Below are positions 18,242-25,773 of a DNA stretch of 25,773 nt, piece after piece. Every line of letters starts with the position of its first letter. Position 1 is the stretch's first letter. The position numbers and the translations under genes were made by a program. Source of the DNA: Promethearchaeota archaeon. Its GTDB lineage: Archaea > Asgardarchaeota > Lokiarchaeia > Sigyniarchaeales > SOKP01. The notes beneath the pieces are model-generated. The model did no database searches and had not been told where the DNA came from. It saw only the letters and a list, made by a program, of their open reading frames with translations. The stretch spans positions 1-25,773 of the forward strand of contig SDNY01000048.1 in NCBI GenBank assembly GCA_004524535.1, read 5' to 3'.

Positions 18242-19693
18242 ATGAAAATATTTTTAATTATATTCGATACTTTGAGAAAAGATTATGCAGGTAAAACTTA
18301 CGGCAATTCTTGGATAAAAACCCCCTACTTTGACGAGTTTGCTAAAGATTCACTTGTATTTGATAACGCATATCCGGAGTCTTTACCTACAATCCCGGTT
18401 CGAAGAGCAATACATACAGGAATTCGTACTTTTCCTTTTAATCATAAAAGACCTCAACTTAGAACTGATGATGTAGTTACAATTCCGGGATGGCACCCAA
18501 TACCTCCACATCAGACCCATTTAGCGGAATACATGAGAAAATTTACTTTCGTTACTTCTTTTATAACTAGCACGTACCACCAATTTAAACCAGGAATGAA
18601 TTTCCATCTTGGATTTCACCAATGGAACTGGATTAGAGGGCATGAAAAAGATAAATTAAGGGCAAGATACAGGGAAGGGGGAGCGAAACTAAAGAAGAAA
18701 ATGAAAGAATTTATTGCGGATCAAAATCCAATGGCCAAAGCATATCAAACATTTTTCTTAAAAACCTACTTTAGTAATATGCAACATAGAAAGAGTGAAG
18801 AGGATTATTTTCCTGCCCAAACTTTTAAAAAGACAGTCGAATTTGTTAAGGATACTAAAAAAGATAAAAATGTAATGGCTGTTGTTGACGAGTTTGACCC
18901 GCACGAGGTCTGGGATCCTCCTGAGAAATATCTTGATTTATACGTTGATAAGAATTATACAGGCAAAAAAGTAGTTCAACCTGCTTATAGTGAGACGATT
19001 GATTATCTTACCGAGGGAGAGTTAAAATATATGAGAGCTTCTTATGCTGGAGAAGTTTCTATGTGCGATAATTGGTTTGGCTATTTCATTGAAGAATTAA
19101 AAAATTTGGGTTTATACGATGACTCTTTAATTATTTTAATTTCCGACCACGGACATAGTATTGGAGATCATAATGCTACGGGTAAGATTCCAATGTTTAT
19201 GTATCCAGAACTTGTAGATATCCCTTTTATGATTAAGCCCCCAGGTAATTTAAATGGTCCAAAAAGAATTAAAAAATCTTATGTCTACAATCATGACATT
19301 TTACCTACTATTTTCGGCTTTTTGAAGAAAGAGAAGCCGGAAGTGTTCGACGGCGTAGATCTTTCAATCTTTCTTGATGATGGGGATCAATTAATAGAGG
19401 ATCGTGATTATATTACATGTGGATTTAGTATTTGTACTTTGTATAAAGACGATCGCTACGCACTAATCACTACAAATGATAAATCTTATCAGAAATTATT
19501 TGATTTATCTAAAGATCCAGAATGGAATGTTAATATAGCAAAAGATAATCCAGATATTTGTGATGAGCTATTTGAAAAAATCGAAAGAGATGCAAAAGGG
19601 GATCTTCTTTTAGAAGATAAACATGCAGAGGAACTTCAAAAACTCATAGATCAATTAAAGAATTGGTATGGACAAGATAAAGACACTGATTAA
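18242..19693 (+). CDS. Sulfatase/alkaline-phosphatase superfamily hydrolase with Thr at the nucleophile position
   Basis: IIFDTLRKD; IKTPYFD; YPESLP-TIPVR-RAIHTG at the [C/S]xPxR site; FDPHEVWDPP; YAGEV; ISDHG; DILPTI; LFDLSKDP. Confidence 0.88.
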   Translation: MKIFLIIFDTLRKDYAGKTYGNSWIKTPYFDEFAKDSLVFDNAYPESLPTIPVRRAIHTGIRTFPFNHKRPQLRTDDVVTIPGWHPIPPHQTHLAEYMRKFTFVTSFITSTYHQFKPGMNFHLGFHQWNWIRGHEKDKLRARYREGGAKLKKKMKEFIADQNPMAKAYQTFFLKTYFSNMQHRKSEEDYFPAQTFKKTVEFVKDTKKDKNVMAVVDEFDPHEVWDPPEKYLDLYVDKNYTGKKVVQPAYSETIDYLTEGELKYMRASYAGEVSMCDNWFGYFIEELKNLGLYDDSLIILISDHGHSIGDHNATGKIPMFMYPELVDIPFMIKPPGNLNGPKRIKKSYVYNHDILPTIFGFLKKEKPEVFDGVDLSIFLDDGDQLIEDRDYITCGFSICTLYKDDRYALITTNDKSYQKLFDLSKDPEWNVNIAKDNPDICDELFEKIERDAKGDLLLEDKHAEELQKLIDQLKNWYGQDKDTD

Positions 19694-19715
19694 TGTATAA
19701 AAATTAAACAGATTA

Positions 19716-20810
19716 ATGATAAAATTAGAAATGGACGCGCAAGAACGAGTTTTAACCACAGTAAATCATGAAGAACCTGATAGGGTTCCCGCCTTCGAAA
19801 GTGCTTTTACAAATAATACAATTGTAAAGCATTATGGGTGTGATCCTGGTCGATTAGGAAATTATAAAAGTATTTACGAGTTTTCTCGTAGAGTTGGATT
19901 AGATTTAGTTCTAAGTTATGTTAGTAATTATCCTAGAGAATTATTTAAGGGTGAGAGAGGATTCATAGATGAATATGGAAAGATAATGAAATTGGAGCCA
20001 TGGAAAGATGGAACGCAAATATTGGCATATCATGGCGGATCTTTCAAAAACTTTGAAGATTATGAGAGTTTCAAGCAGCCAGATCCCAATTTAAAAACAC
20101 GCATGGATAATTTCTTATTAGGGCGAAAAATCCAAAAAGAGATGAACAATGAAGTATTCTCAATTCCCGCAACCGGTTCTTTAATGGAATGTGCATGGGA
20201 GGGATTTGGATTAGAAGTATTTTCTAGGATATTGGCTCGACCCAAACAAGCAAAAAAAGTATTTGATGATCGAGGTAAATTTACGCTTGAAATGGTAAAA
20301 ATTTTAGCTGAAAATGACGCAAAGATTGTCCTCTTATGGGATGATTATGGTTGGAAAGGAGGCTTATTTATGAGCCCCAGAAATTATAGAAAGTACGTGT
20401 TCCCGTGGATAAAACAAATATGTGATGCAGCTCATAAACGCGATTGCAAAATATTATTACATTCTGACGGGGATTTAATGGAAATTTTCGAGGATATTAT
20501 AAAAAGTGGTGTTGACATCTTAAATCCTATAGAATCTACAACTGCTAATCCTGAATACGATATTTTCAAATTAAACGAGAAATATGGGGATAAACTAACT
20601 TTTGCGGGTAATTTAAGCCCAATAATGTTAGCAATGGGAGAGATTTCTGAAATTGAAGCTTACGCAAAAAGATTAATTCGTGAGTTAGCTCCGGGAGGAG
20701 GATACATTTTTAGTTCTGGACATAGCATTAATCCCGCTGTTACAGTTGACCGATTTGAAGCAATGCACAATATTAGGAGAAAATTCGGAAATTATCCAAT
20801 CAAAATATAA
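19716..20810 (+). CDS. UroD/MtaA-CmuA superfamily TIM-barrel protein
   Basis: ERVLTTVNHEEPDRVP; DEYG; WDDYG..GLFMSP; LHSDGD; LNPIE; AGNL; PGGGYIFSSGHSI. Alternative start at ATG 19731. Confidence 0.88.
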   Translation: MIKLEMDAQERVLTTVNHEEPDRVPAFESAFTNNTIVKHYGCDPGRLGNYKSIYEFSRRVGLDLVLSYVSNYPRELFKGERGFIDEYGKIMKLEPWKDGTQILAYHGGSFKNFEDYESFKQPDPNLKTRMDNFLLGRKIQKEMNNEVFSIPATGSLMECAWEGFGLEVFSRILARPKQAKKVFDDRGKFTLEMVKILAENDAKIVLLWDDYGWKGGLFMSPRNYRKYVFPWIKQICDAAHKRDCKILLHSDGDLMEIFEDIIKSGVDILNPIESTTANPEYDIFKLNEKYGDKLTFAGNLSPIMLAMGEISEIEAYAKRLIRELAPGGGYIFSSGHSINPAVTVDRFEAMHNIRRKFGNYPIKI

Positions 20811-20830
20811 AAAATTTTTTGAATTAAAAA

Positions 20831-20860
20831 ATGTTGAGAGTTGGGATAATAGAAAATTGA
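20831..20860 (+). other. 9-codon upstream ORF (MLRVGIIEN*) whose TGA overlaps the TTG start of the downstream oxidoreductase
   Basis: ATG TTG AGA GTT GGG ATA ATA GAA AAT TGA; the TTGA at 20857-20860 holds both the stop and the downstream TTG. Confidence 0.6.
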
Positions 20861-20875
20861 GAGTTGGCATAATAG
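20834..20875 (+). repeat. Imperfect tandem duplication with 23-bp period at the oxidoreductase 5' end
   Basis: TTGAGAGTTGGGATAATAG (20834-20852) and TTGAGAGTTGGCATAATAG (20857-20875), 18/19 identical, separated by AAAA. Confidence 0.9.
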
Positions 20876-22113
20876 GTACGGGTATAATATCAGATCTGAA
20901 TTATTTAGGATATTATTATTCTGACGACGCAGAAATAGTTTCTGTTGCAAATATCGATAAAAATGAGGCAATTGAAAAATTAAAGAAGTGGAATTTAAGA
21001 AAGGTAAGAGTTTACACAGATTATAAAAAAATGGTTGATAAAGAAGACTTAGATATTATTGAAATTTTAACTCCTCATCACCTTCACTACTCTATGACAG
21101 AATATTGTGCTAATGCGGGTGTGCCCGGTATATCAGTTCAAAAGCCAATGGCACACACGATTACCGATTGCGTAAAAATGATTGAGATTTGCAAAGAACA
21201 AAATGTAAAACTAAAAATATTTGAGAATTTCAGGTTTTATCCAGTATATGTGAGAGCAAAAGAGTTATTGGATCAGGGAATAATAGGTGAACGTTTGAAC
21301 TTTAGAATAAATACCATCGGAACCGGAGGTCCGAGTTGGCCTGTTGGGTTAGATTCTTATCTATGGCGAATAAATATTGATATGTGCGGTGGCGGTCCAT
21401 GGATTTATGATGACGGACAACATAAATTTTCAGTGGCACTCTGGTTAATGGATGAGGAAAGAGTTGAAAAAGTCTATAGTTGGATAGATTATTTTACAGG
21501 TGTCATGGATGTACCAGCAAATATTTTCTGGAAATATCCAAGTAAAAATTCAGATGACCCTCCCAAGTATGGCACAATGGAATTTTCTTTAGCTCCCAAT
21601 GTGTATTATCCTTCAAATTATTACGGCTGTGATGAATTTATTGAGATATCCGGTACAAGGGGAATAATGTGGATAAATCAAAGTAATTCTGGTGGTAATT
21701 TTGTATCTAAATCACCTCAATATCCTCCAATTGTAGTTTATGCTAACGGGGAGGTTAAAACTTATGGCGAGGATTTACCAAGAGATTGGAAATATAGCTT
21801 TATTAATTCTACCGAACATTTCATCGAATTAATTAAAAGCGGGAAGGGTGAACCAATATATACTGGAGAACAAGGAAAGAATTTATGTATTTTTGCGAAA
21901 ATGCCATATATTTCAGACCAACGCAGAGAAATCGTTTACTGGGAAGAGATAACCGCAGAAAATGAAGAAAAGGGTTTTTGTACTGTTGAAAAATCTGAAG
22001 ACGCAGACGAGAGCGGATTATCTAAATATGGCAGAAGAATCAGGAAAGACTTAAGAAAAGGGATAAAACAAGGGTTAAAACATAAAAAATTTATATATGA
22101 ATTTGAGCAATAA
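20857..22113 (+). CDS. Gfo/Idh/MocA family NAD(P)-dependent oxidoreductase (paralog A)
   Basis: RVGIIGTG; ILTPHHLH; SVQKPMA (EKP variant); ENFRF; YDDGQH. Start placed at TTG 20857 by comparison with paralog B (MLKVGIIGTG). Confidence 0.88.
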   Translation: MRVGIIGTGIISDLNYLGYYYSDDAEIVSVANIDKNEAIEKLKKWNLRKVRVYTDYKKMVDKEDLDIIEILTPHHLHYSMTEYCANAGVPGISVQKPMAHTITDCVKMIEICKEQNVKLKIFENFRFYPVYVRAKELLDQGIIGERLNFRINTIGTGGPSWPVGLDSYLWRINIDMCGGGPWIYDDGQHKFSVALWLMDEERVEKVYSWIDYFTGVMDVPANIFWKYPSKNSDDPPKYGTMEFSLAPNVYYPSNYYGCDEFIEISGTRGIMWINQSNSGGNFVSKSPQYPPIVVYANGEVKTYGEDLPRDWKYSFINSTEHFIELIKSGKGEPIYTGEQGKNLCIFAKMPYISDQRREIVYWEEITAENEEKGFCTVEKSEDADESGLSKYGRRIRKDLRKGIKQGLKHKKFIYEFEQ

Positions 22114-22119
22114 TTTAGT

Positions 22120-22641
22120 ATGTTTAGTAAGAAAGAGTTAAAAATAAAGCCAATAACTAAAAAATACTACGAGGAAAATTTAACTCTCTTAAATTCAGTT
22201 ATCAGAGAATCTCATTTTTTAGCTCGAAAAAAAGAAATTTCATATGAAGATAGCAAACAATTTCTTGATACATATCTTTACCACCCAAATACAATATATT
22301 TAATTGCCTTGTATAAGCGTAAATTAATTGGTCATATATCTTCTCTCCCGCGTTTAGAAGATTTATTAAGCCATATTGTTAATATTGGATATATTGTGCA
22401 TTCTGATTATAGAAAAAAAGGGGTAGCGTCAAGGCTAATGGAGAATTTAATTATTGAAGCAAGAAAAAAAGAGAATACTATTAGAATATTGGTTGCTGAA
22501 GTTGCCGCAGATAATATAGCTAGTATTAGTTTGTTGAAAAAATATGGTTTTAAAGAATTTGGACGCTTAATTAATGGTTTCATGAAAAAAGAAGATAAAT
22601 TTGTTGATTTTCTGCATTTTTCAAAACATTTATTCGATTAA
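22120..22641 (+). CDS. GNAT family N-acetyltransferase
   Basis: Acetyl-CoA motif A VHSDYRKKGVASRLM; motif B DNIASISLLKKYGF. Confidence 0.9.
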   Translation: MFSKKELKIKPITKKYYEENLTLLNSVIRESHFLARKKEISYEDSKQFLDTYLYHPNTIYLIALYKRKLIGHISSLPRLEDLLSHIVNIGYIVHSDYRKKGVASRLMENLIIEARKKENTIRILVAEVAADNIASISLLKKYGFKEFGRLINGFMKKEDKFVDFLHFSKHLFD

Positions 22642-22656
22642 AATTTAAGATTATTA

Positions 22657-23772
22657 CTAATTCATATCATCAAGATATATATCTTTACCTAGTTCAGCTG
22701 ATTTAATCGCTGCTAAATTAAATTTTAGGATATATTTTGCTTGTTCTCCAGATAAAATTGGTTCTCTATTATTTTTTACAGCATCAATAAAATATCTAGT
22801 TGAGTTAATAAAGCTATATTTCCAATCTTTCTCAAAATCAGTAAATGTTTCCACCTCACCGTCTCTAATGATTACTATTGGAGCAAAAATTTCGGATTCG
22901 GACATTTTGTTTCCTATAGCAGTCCCTTGGTTTATTTTCATGATGCCTCGACTTCCTATAATTTCAATAAATTCATCAGTATTATAATAATTCGAAGGAA
23001 TTATCATTTCTGGCATTAAGGAAAATTCCATATTGCCATACTGTGGGACGATATGCTCTCGTTCTTTATTTTCTTTACAATTCCACATTACATAAGCTGG
23101 AGCATCAATCCCGTGGTATTCATCTGTCCAAGCAAATACTTTTTCAATTTCTTCCTCGAAAAACCACCACCCAAGGGTAAATGCATGCCATCCATTATCT
23201 AAGAGCACCGGTGAACCACGAGAAGTAGAACCACCTACTTGTTTTGGGTCTTTTCTCCATATATTAGCACTTTCTGGGATATCCCAGCCACCTTTAGAGC
23301 CCATTGCCACTTTAATTCTTACAGACGATAAATCACCTATATAATCTTGGTCTATAAGTTCCTTTGCTTTCATAATATGAGGGATAAACATAAAATTCTC
23401 GAAAATCGAGAGGAGTGATCCTGAATTATTGCATGCCTCAATCATTTTATCAGCTTCTTCTAATGATAATGCCATAGGCTTCTGAACAGAGATTCCTTTT
23501 ATTCCTTTATTAGCGGCATAAATGGTTGCTTCTGCATGAAGATTATGTGGTAGAAGAATTTCGACTATGTCTAATTCTTCCTTATCTAACATTTTTTTAT
23601 AGTCAGAATAAACTGGAATTGATTCATTTATATTAAATTTCTTAATCTTTTGTTTTGCTTTTTCGATCGTTCGATTACATAAACATGTAATTTCTATATC
23701 ATCGTTATTCAAATAACCCAGCACATTCAGGTCAAAAATTCTCCCTGTCCCAATTATTCCAACTTTTAACAT
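22657..23772 (-). CDS. Gfo/Idh/MocA family NAD(P)-dependent oxidoreductase (paralog B)
   Basis: MLKVGIIGTG; ILLPHNLH; SVQKPMA; LDNGWH; shares MEFSL..PSNYY..DEFIEI.G.RGIM.INQ and DWKYSFINST with paralog A. Confidence 0.92.
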   Translation of the reverse strand: MLKVGIIGTGRIFDLNVLGYLNNDDIEITCLCNRTIEKAKQKIKKFNINESIPVYSDYKKMLDKEELDIVEILLPHNLHAEATIYAANKGIKGISVQKPMALSLEEADKMIEACNNSGSLLSIFENFMFIPHIMKAKELIDQDYIGDLSSVRIKVAMGSKGGWDIPESANIWRKDPKQVGGSTSRGSPVLLDNGWHAFTLGWWFFEEEIEKVFAWTDEYHGIDAPAYVMWNCKENKEREHIVPQYGNMEFSLMPEMIIPSNYYNTDEFIEIIGSRGIMKINQGTAIGNKMSESEIFAPIVIIRDGEVETFTDFEKDWKYSFINSTRYFIDAVKNNREPILSGEQAKYILKFNLAAIKSAELGKDIYLDDMN

Positions 23773-23856
23773 AGAAATAAAGAAAATTTGATTGTTAATT
23801 AAAGTTTTACATTATTATTAATATAAATTCTTGATCGAAGTCTTAAGAAAATTTTT

Positions 23857-23891
23857 AAATATTATAACAATAATGTATTGTAATAATATTT
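23857..23891. promoter_or_regulatory. 35-bp near-perfect inverted repeat in a divergent intergenic region (candidate operator)
   Basis: AAATATTATAACAATA-ATG-TATTGTAATAATATTT; the 16-bp arms pair at 15/16 positions. Confidence 0.55.
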
Positions 23892-23926
23892 TTAAGGATA
23901 ATCTCAATTTATAAAAGGTTTTAAAT

Positions 23927-25165
23927 TTGAAACGAATTTACGCATTAGATATTTTTCGAGGCATTGCAATAATGTTAGTTGTGGTTTTCCACAGATTTTT
24001 ATATGATTGGCAAGGGATTGAAGGTTTCTTTTTTTCAGAAGAACCATGGAATGACTATCCATGGCTTACATTATTTATGATATTTGTAGCTATGGGATCT
24101 ATTTTTACTCTTATAACAGGAATCGTATCAGCATTTTCAATTTATAATCGAGTTTCATCTGGCCGATCTACAATGAAACCAATAATATTAGGATCAATTA
24201 TTATGATGGTATTTTTATTATTTTGGGCTTTTTTGGTAAGATTTTTTTTTGCTCCGAGAGCTTTTATCAGAGGAAAATATTATTATGGTGTATTATCAGG
24301 TTCAATTCGATTCAAATCATTACATTTTCCATCTTTGGGACTAATGATATTGATTACTGGCACATTAGGAATTATTGGAATCTCAGGATTCATTCTTACT
24401 CTTATATTAGTCATTTTATTTCGAAATGGTGGGATGGAAAAAATAGGTCGTAATAAAATCGTCCTTGGTGTTATTGGAGTTTTAATTCTTATTCTATCAG
24501 TTATTTTATCGTTTATTCTTCAACCTATAATTTACGATGCATTCGATAATGGTAATTATCTCTTAGCACTCATCTTAGCACTTTTAGTTGCGGATAGTTT
24601 TCCTATTTTTCCTATCCTTGGTTTTGCGTTTTTTGGGGCGATCTTGGGGATTCAACTTGCTAAAGGAGAAGATGAGAAAAAAATTATAAAATCTTGGACA
24701 AAATTTGCTTTATTAATATTGATTACTGGATTCGTTTTATTAATGGTTTTCGGATCACAAGGCTATTTCAATATGAATTTTATTAGGTTTATACAACTTG
24801 GCTTTTATTTTTTTATTATCATAATCTTATTAAAAGTAGTTGATTTCAAACCAGAAGAGAAGCAAGAAAAAATTTTGAGTAGGACGAAATCTATTTTTCG
24901 ATTCAGTAGAGTATCGCTTACGATTTATGTTTTTGAAAGCGCAATAGCGGTAATATTTCACTTTTTCCTCGATTATATGATTCCAGGATGGAACAACGAT
25001 ATATTAAATATTTTATTATTCGGTGTATTTAATTTAGTTTTATGGTGGATAATATTGATATTCTGGGAAAAAAAGGACTTTAAAGGTTCTATCGAATGGA
25101 TGGGTGCGCAATTGATGCAGAAATTATCAGGAAAGTCTAAAGATAAAAGTATTAAATCTATTTAA
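23927..25165 (+). CDS. Multi-pass membrane acyltransferase-like protein (HGSNAT/DUF1624-acyltransferase-3 N-terminus, DUF418-like C-terminus)
   Basis: RIYALDIFRGIAIMLVVVFH; F..ITG; FPIFP; SLTIYVFE; KGSIEW; about 10-11 hydrophobic helices. TTG start. Confidence 0.75.
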   Translation: MKRIYALDIFRGIAIMLVVVFHRFLYDWQGIEGFFFSEEPWNDYPWLTLFMIFVAMGSIFTLITGIVSAFSIYNRVSSGRSTMKPIILGSIIMMVFLLFWAFLVRFFFAPRAFIRGKYYYGVLSGSIRFKSLHFPSLGLMILITGTLGIIGISGFILTLILVILFRNGGMEKIGRNKIVLGVIGVLILILSVILSFILQPIIYDAFDNGNYLLALILALLVADSFPIFPILGFAFFGAILGIQLAKGEDEKKIIKSWTKFALLILITGFVLLMVFGSQGYFNMNFIRFIQLGFYFFIIIILLKVVDFKPEEKQEKILSRTKSIFRFSRVSLTIYVFESAIAVIFHFFLDYMIPGWNNDILNILLFGVFNLVLWWIILIFWEKKDFKGSIEWMGAQLMQKLSGKSKDKSIKSI

Positions 25166-25206
25166 TGAGTTTGAAAAATTTAAACATTATTTAGTTTTTC
25201 TTAGAT

Positions 25207-25773
25207 TTATTTACTTAACCCATATATTAATTTATCTAAATGGATTGGTTGTATTTTTTCTTCCCAACGAGGCTTATTTTCTTTTATCCATGCTTCATAC
25301 CTTCTTCGATCAATATTTTTAATTTCAGTATAAAATATCTCTTTTAATCTTTCAACAAGATATTGAATAGCATCGTTGAAAAAGTTACTGTCTCCTTCTA
25401 AGGCATCGATAAATTCATTTAAATAGCGCATTCTCTTTTTGGGAACAAATAATTGAATTATCATTTTAATGGTTTTATCTAAAAACTTTTCTTTTGGCAA
25501 TTCATCAAAATTAAGAGTAAATGTGCTTAGGGATCTTTTAATTTCAGCAATTTTATGAGGATCTATAAACATCTCATTTGAACAGAACTCCACACAACGA
25601 TAGCATAAATAGCATTCCCCTTTCTTACTTTTTCTAAATCCTTGTAGTGTAGGGCAAATTTTTTCACATAACCCGCAATCTAAGCATGCATCAGTTCGTC
25701 TTATTTTTATTATATTAAACCTGCCTAATAAACTCACTATTGCCCCAAATGGACAGATATATCGACAAAAAGG
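25207..25773 (-). CDS. 3' part of a NapH/NosR-like 4Fe-4S binding (polyferredoxin) protein, truncated by the window edge
   Basis: The frame stays open to 25773 and reads PFCRYICPFGAIVSLLGR (CxxxCP motif), then CLDCGLCEKICP and ECYLCYRCVEFC. The GTG at 25737 is an internal Val. Confidence 0.85.
   Translation of the reverse strand, partial: PFCRYICPFGAIVSLLGRFNIIKIRRTDACLDCGLCEKICPTLQGFRKSKKGECYLCYRCVEFCSNEMFIDPHKIAEIKRSLSTFTLNFDELPKEKFLDKTIKMIIQLFVPKKRMRYLNEFIDALEGDSNFFNDAIQYLVERLKEIFYTEIKNIDRRRYEAWIKENKPRWEEKIQPIHLDKLIYGLSK

Noticed and set aside
16896-20810. Calling the UroD-fold genes hemE or mtaA
   Set aside because: The HemE RQAGR motif and the full MtaA Zn ligand set are missing, and there is no tetrapyrrole or corrinoid context.
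20746-20856. N-terminal extension of oxidoreductase A from TTG 20746
   Set aside because: It overlaps the upstream gene by 65 bp and has no counterpart in paralog B, where the Rossmann fold starts immediately.
2050-24453. Other short ORFs in the track (2050, 2407, 5563, 7993, 8329, 14745, 15059, 16079, 16314, 16904, 16956, 17955, 20060, 20685, 24223)
   Set aside because: All lie largely within or antisense to well-supported genes and show no recognisable motifs.
1-25773. CRISPR array, tRNA/rRNA genes, IS elements or provirus
   Set aside because: No regularly spaced repeats, GC-rich structured intergenic segments, transposase or integrase were seen; intergenic gaps are short and AT-rich.

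Overview
AT-rich archaeal chromosomal segment with about 24 protein-coding genes. It most likely comes from an Asgard archaeon (Lokiarchaeia/Promethearchaeia-like); this is inferred from gene content, not from a marker gene. In order: (1) a GH4 glycosidase, a glycyl-radical activating enzyme and a tandem PNPOx-barrel protein; (2) an AN1 zinc finger-HEAT protein, tetrahydromethanopterin genes (DUF447, mptD, mptG) and the proteasome ATPase PAN; (3) a HypE/AIR-synthase-like protein convergent with a CxxC-C type LarE; (4) an orphan N6-adenine DNA methyltransferase; (5) a co-oriented ether-lipid cluster (CTP-dependent polyprenol kinase, GGR, GGGP synthase, DGGGP synthase, unknown membrane protein); (6) an uncharacterised catabolic-looking island (two UroD/MtaA-fold proteins, a sulfatase-fold enzyme with Thr at the formylglycine site, two paralogous QKP-type Gfo/Idh/MocA oxidoreductases, a GNAT and a membrane acyltransferase-like protein); (7) the 3' end of a NapH-like 4Fe-4S protein cut by the window edge. 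I saw no rRNA, tRNA, CRISPR array or mobile element. DNA-level oddities are a 23-bp-period duplication creating a 9-codon uORF over one oxidoreductase start and a 35-bp inverted repeat in a divergent intergenic region. All family calls come from motif recognition by eye; no searches were run.
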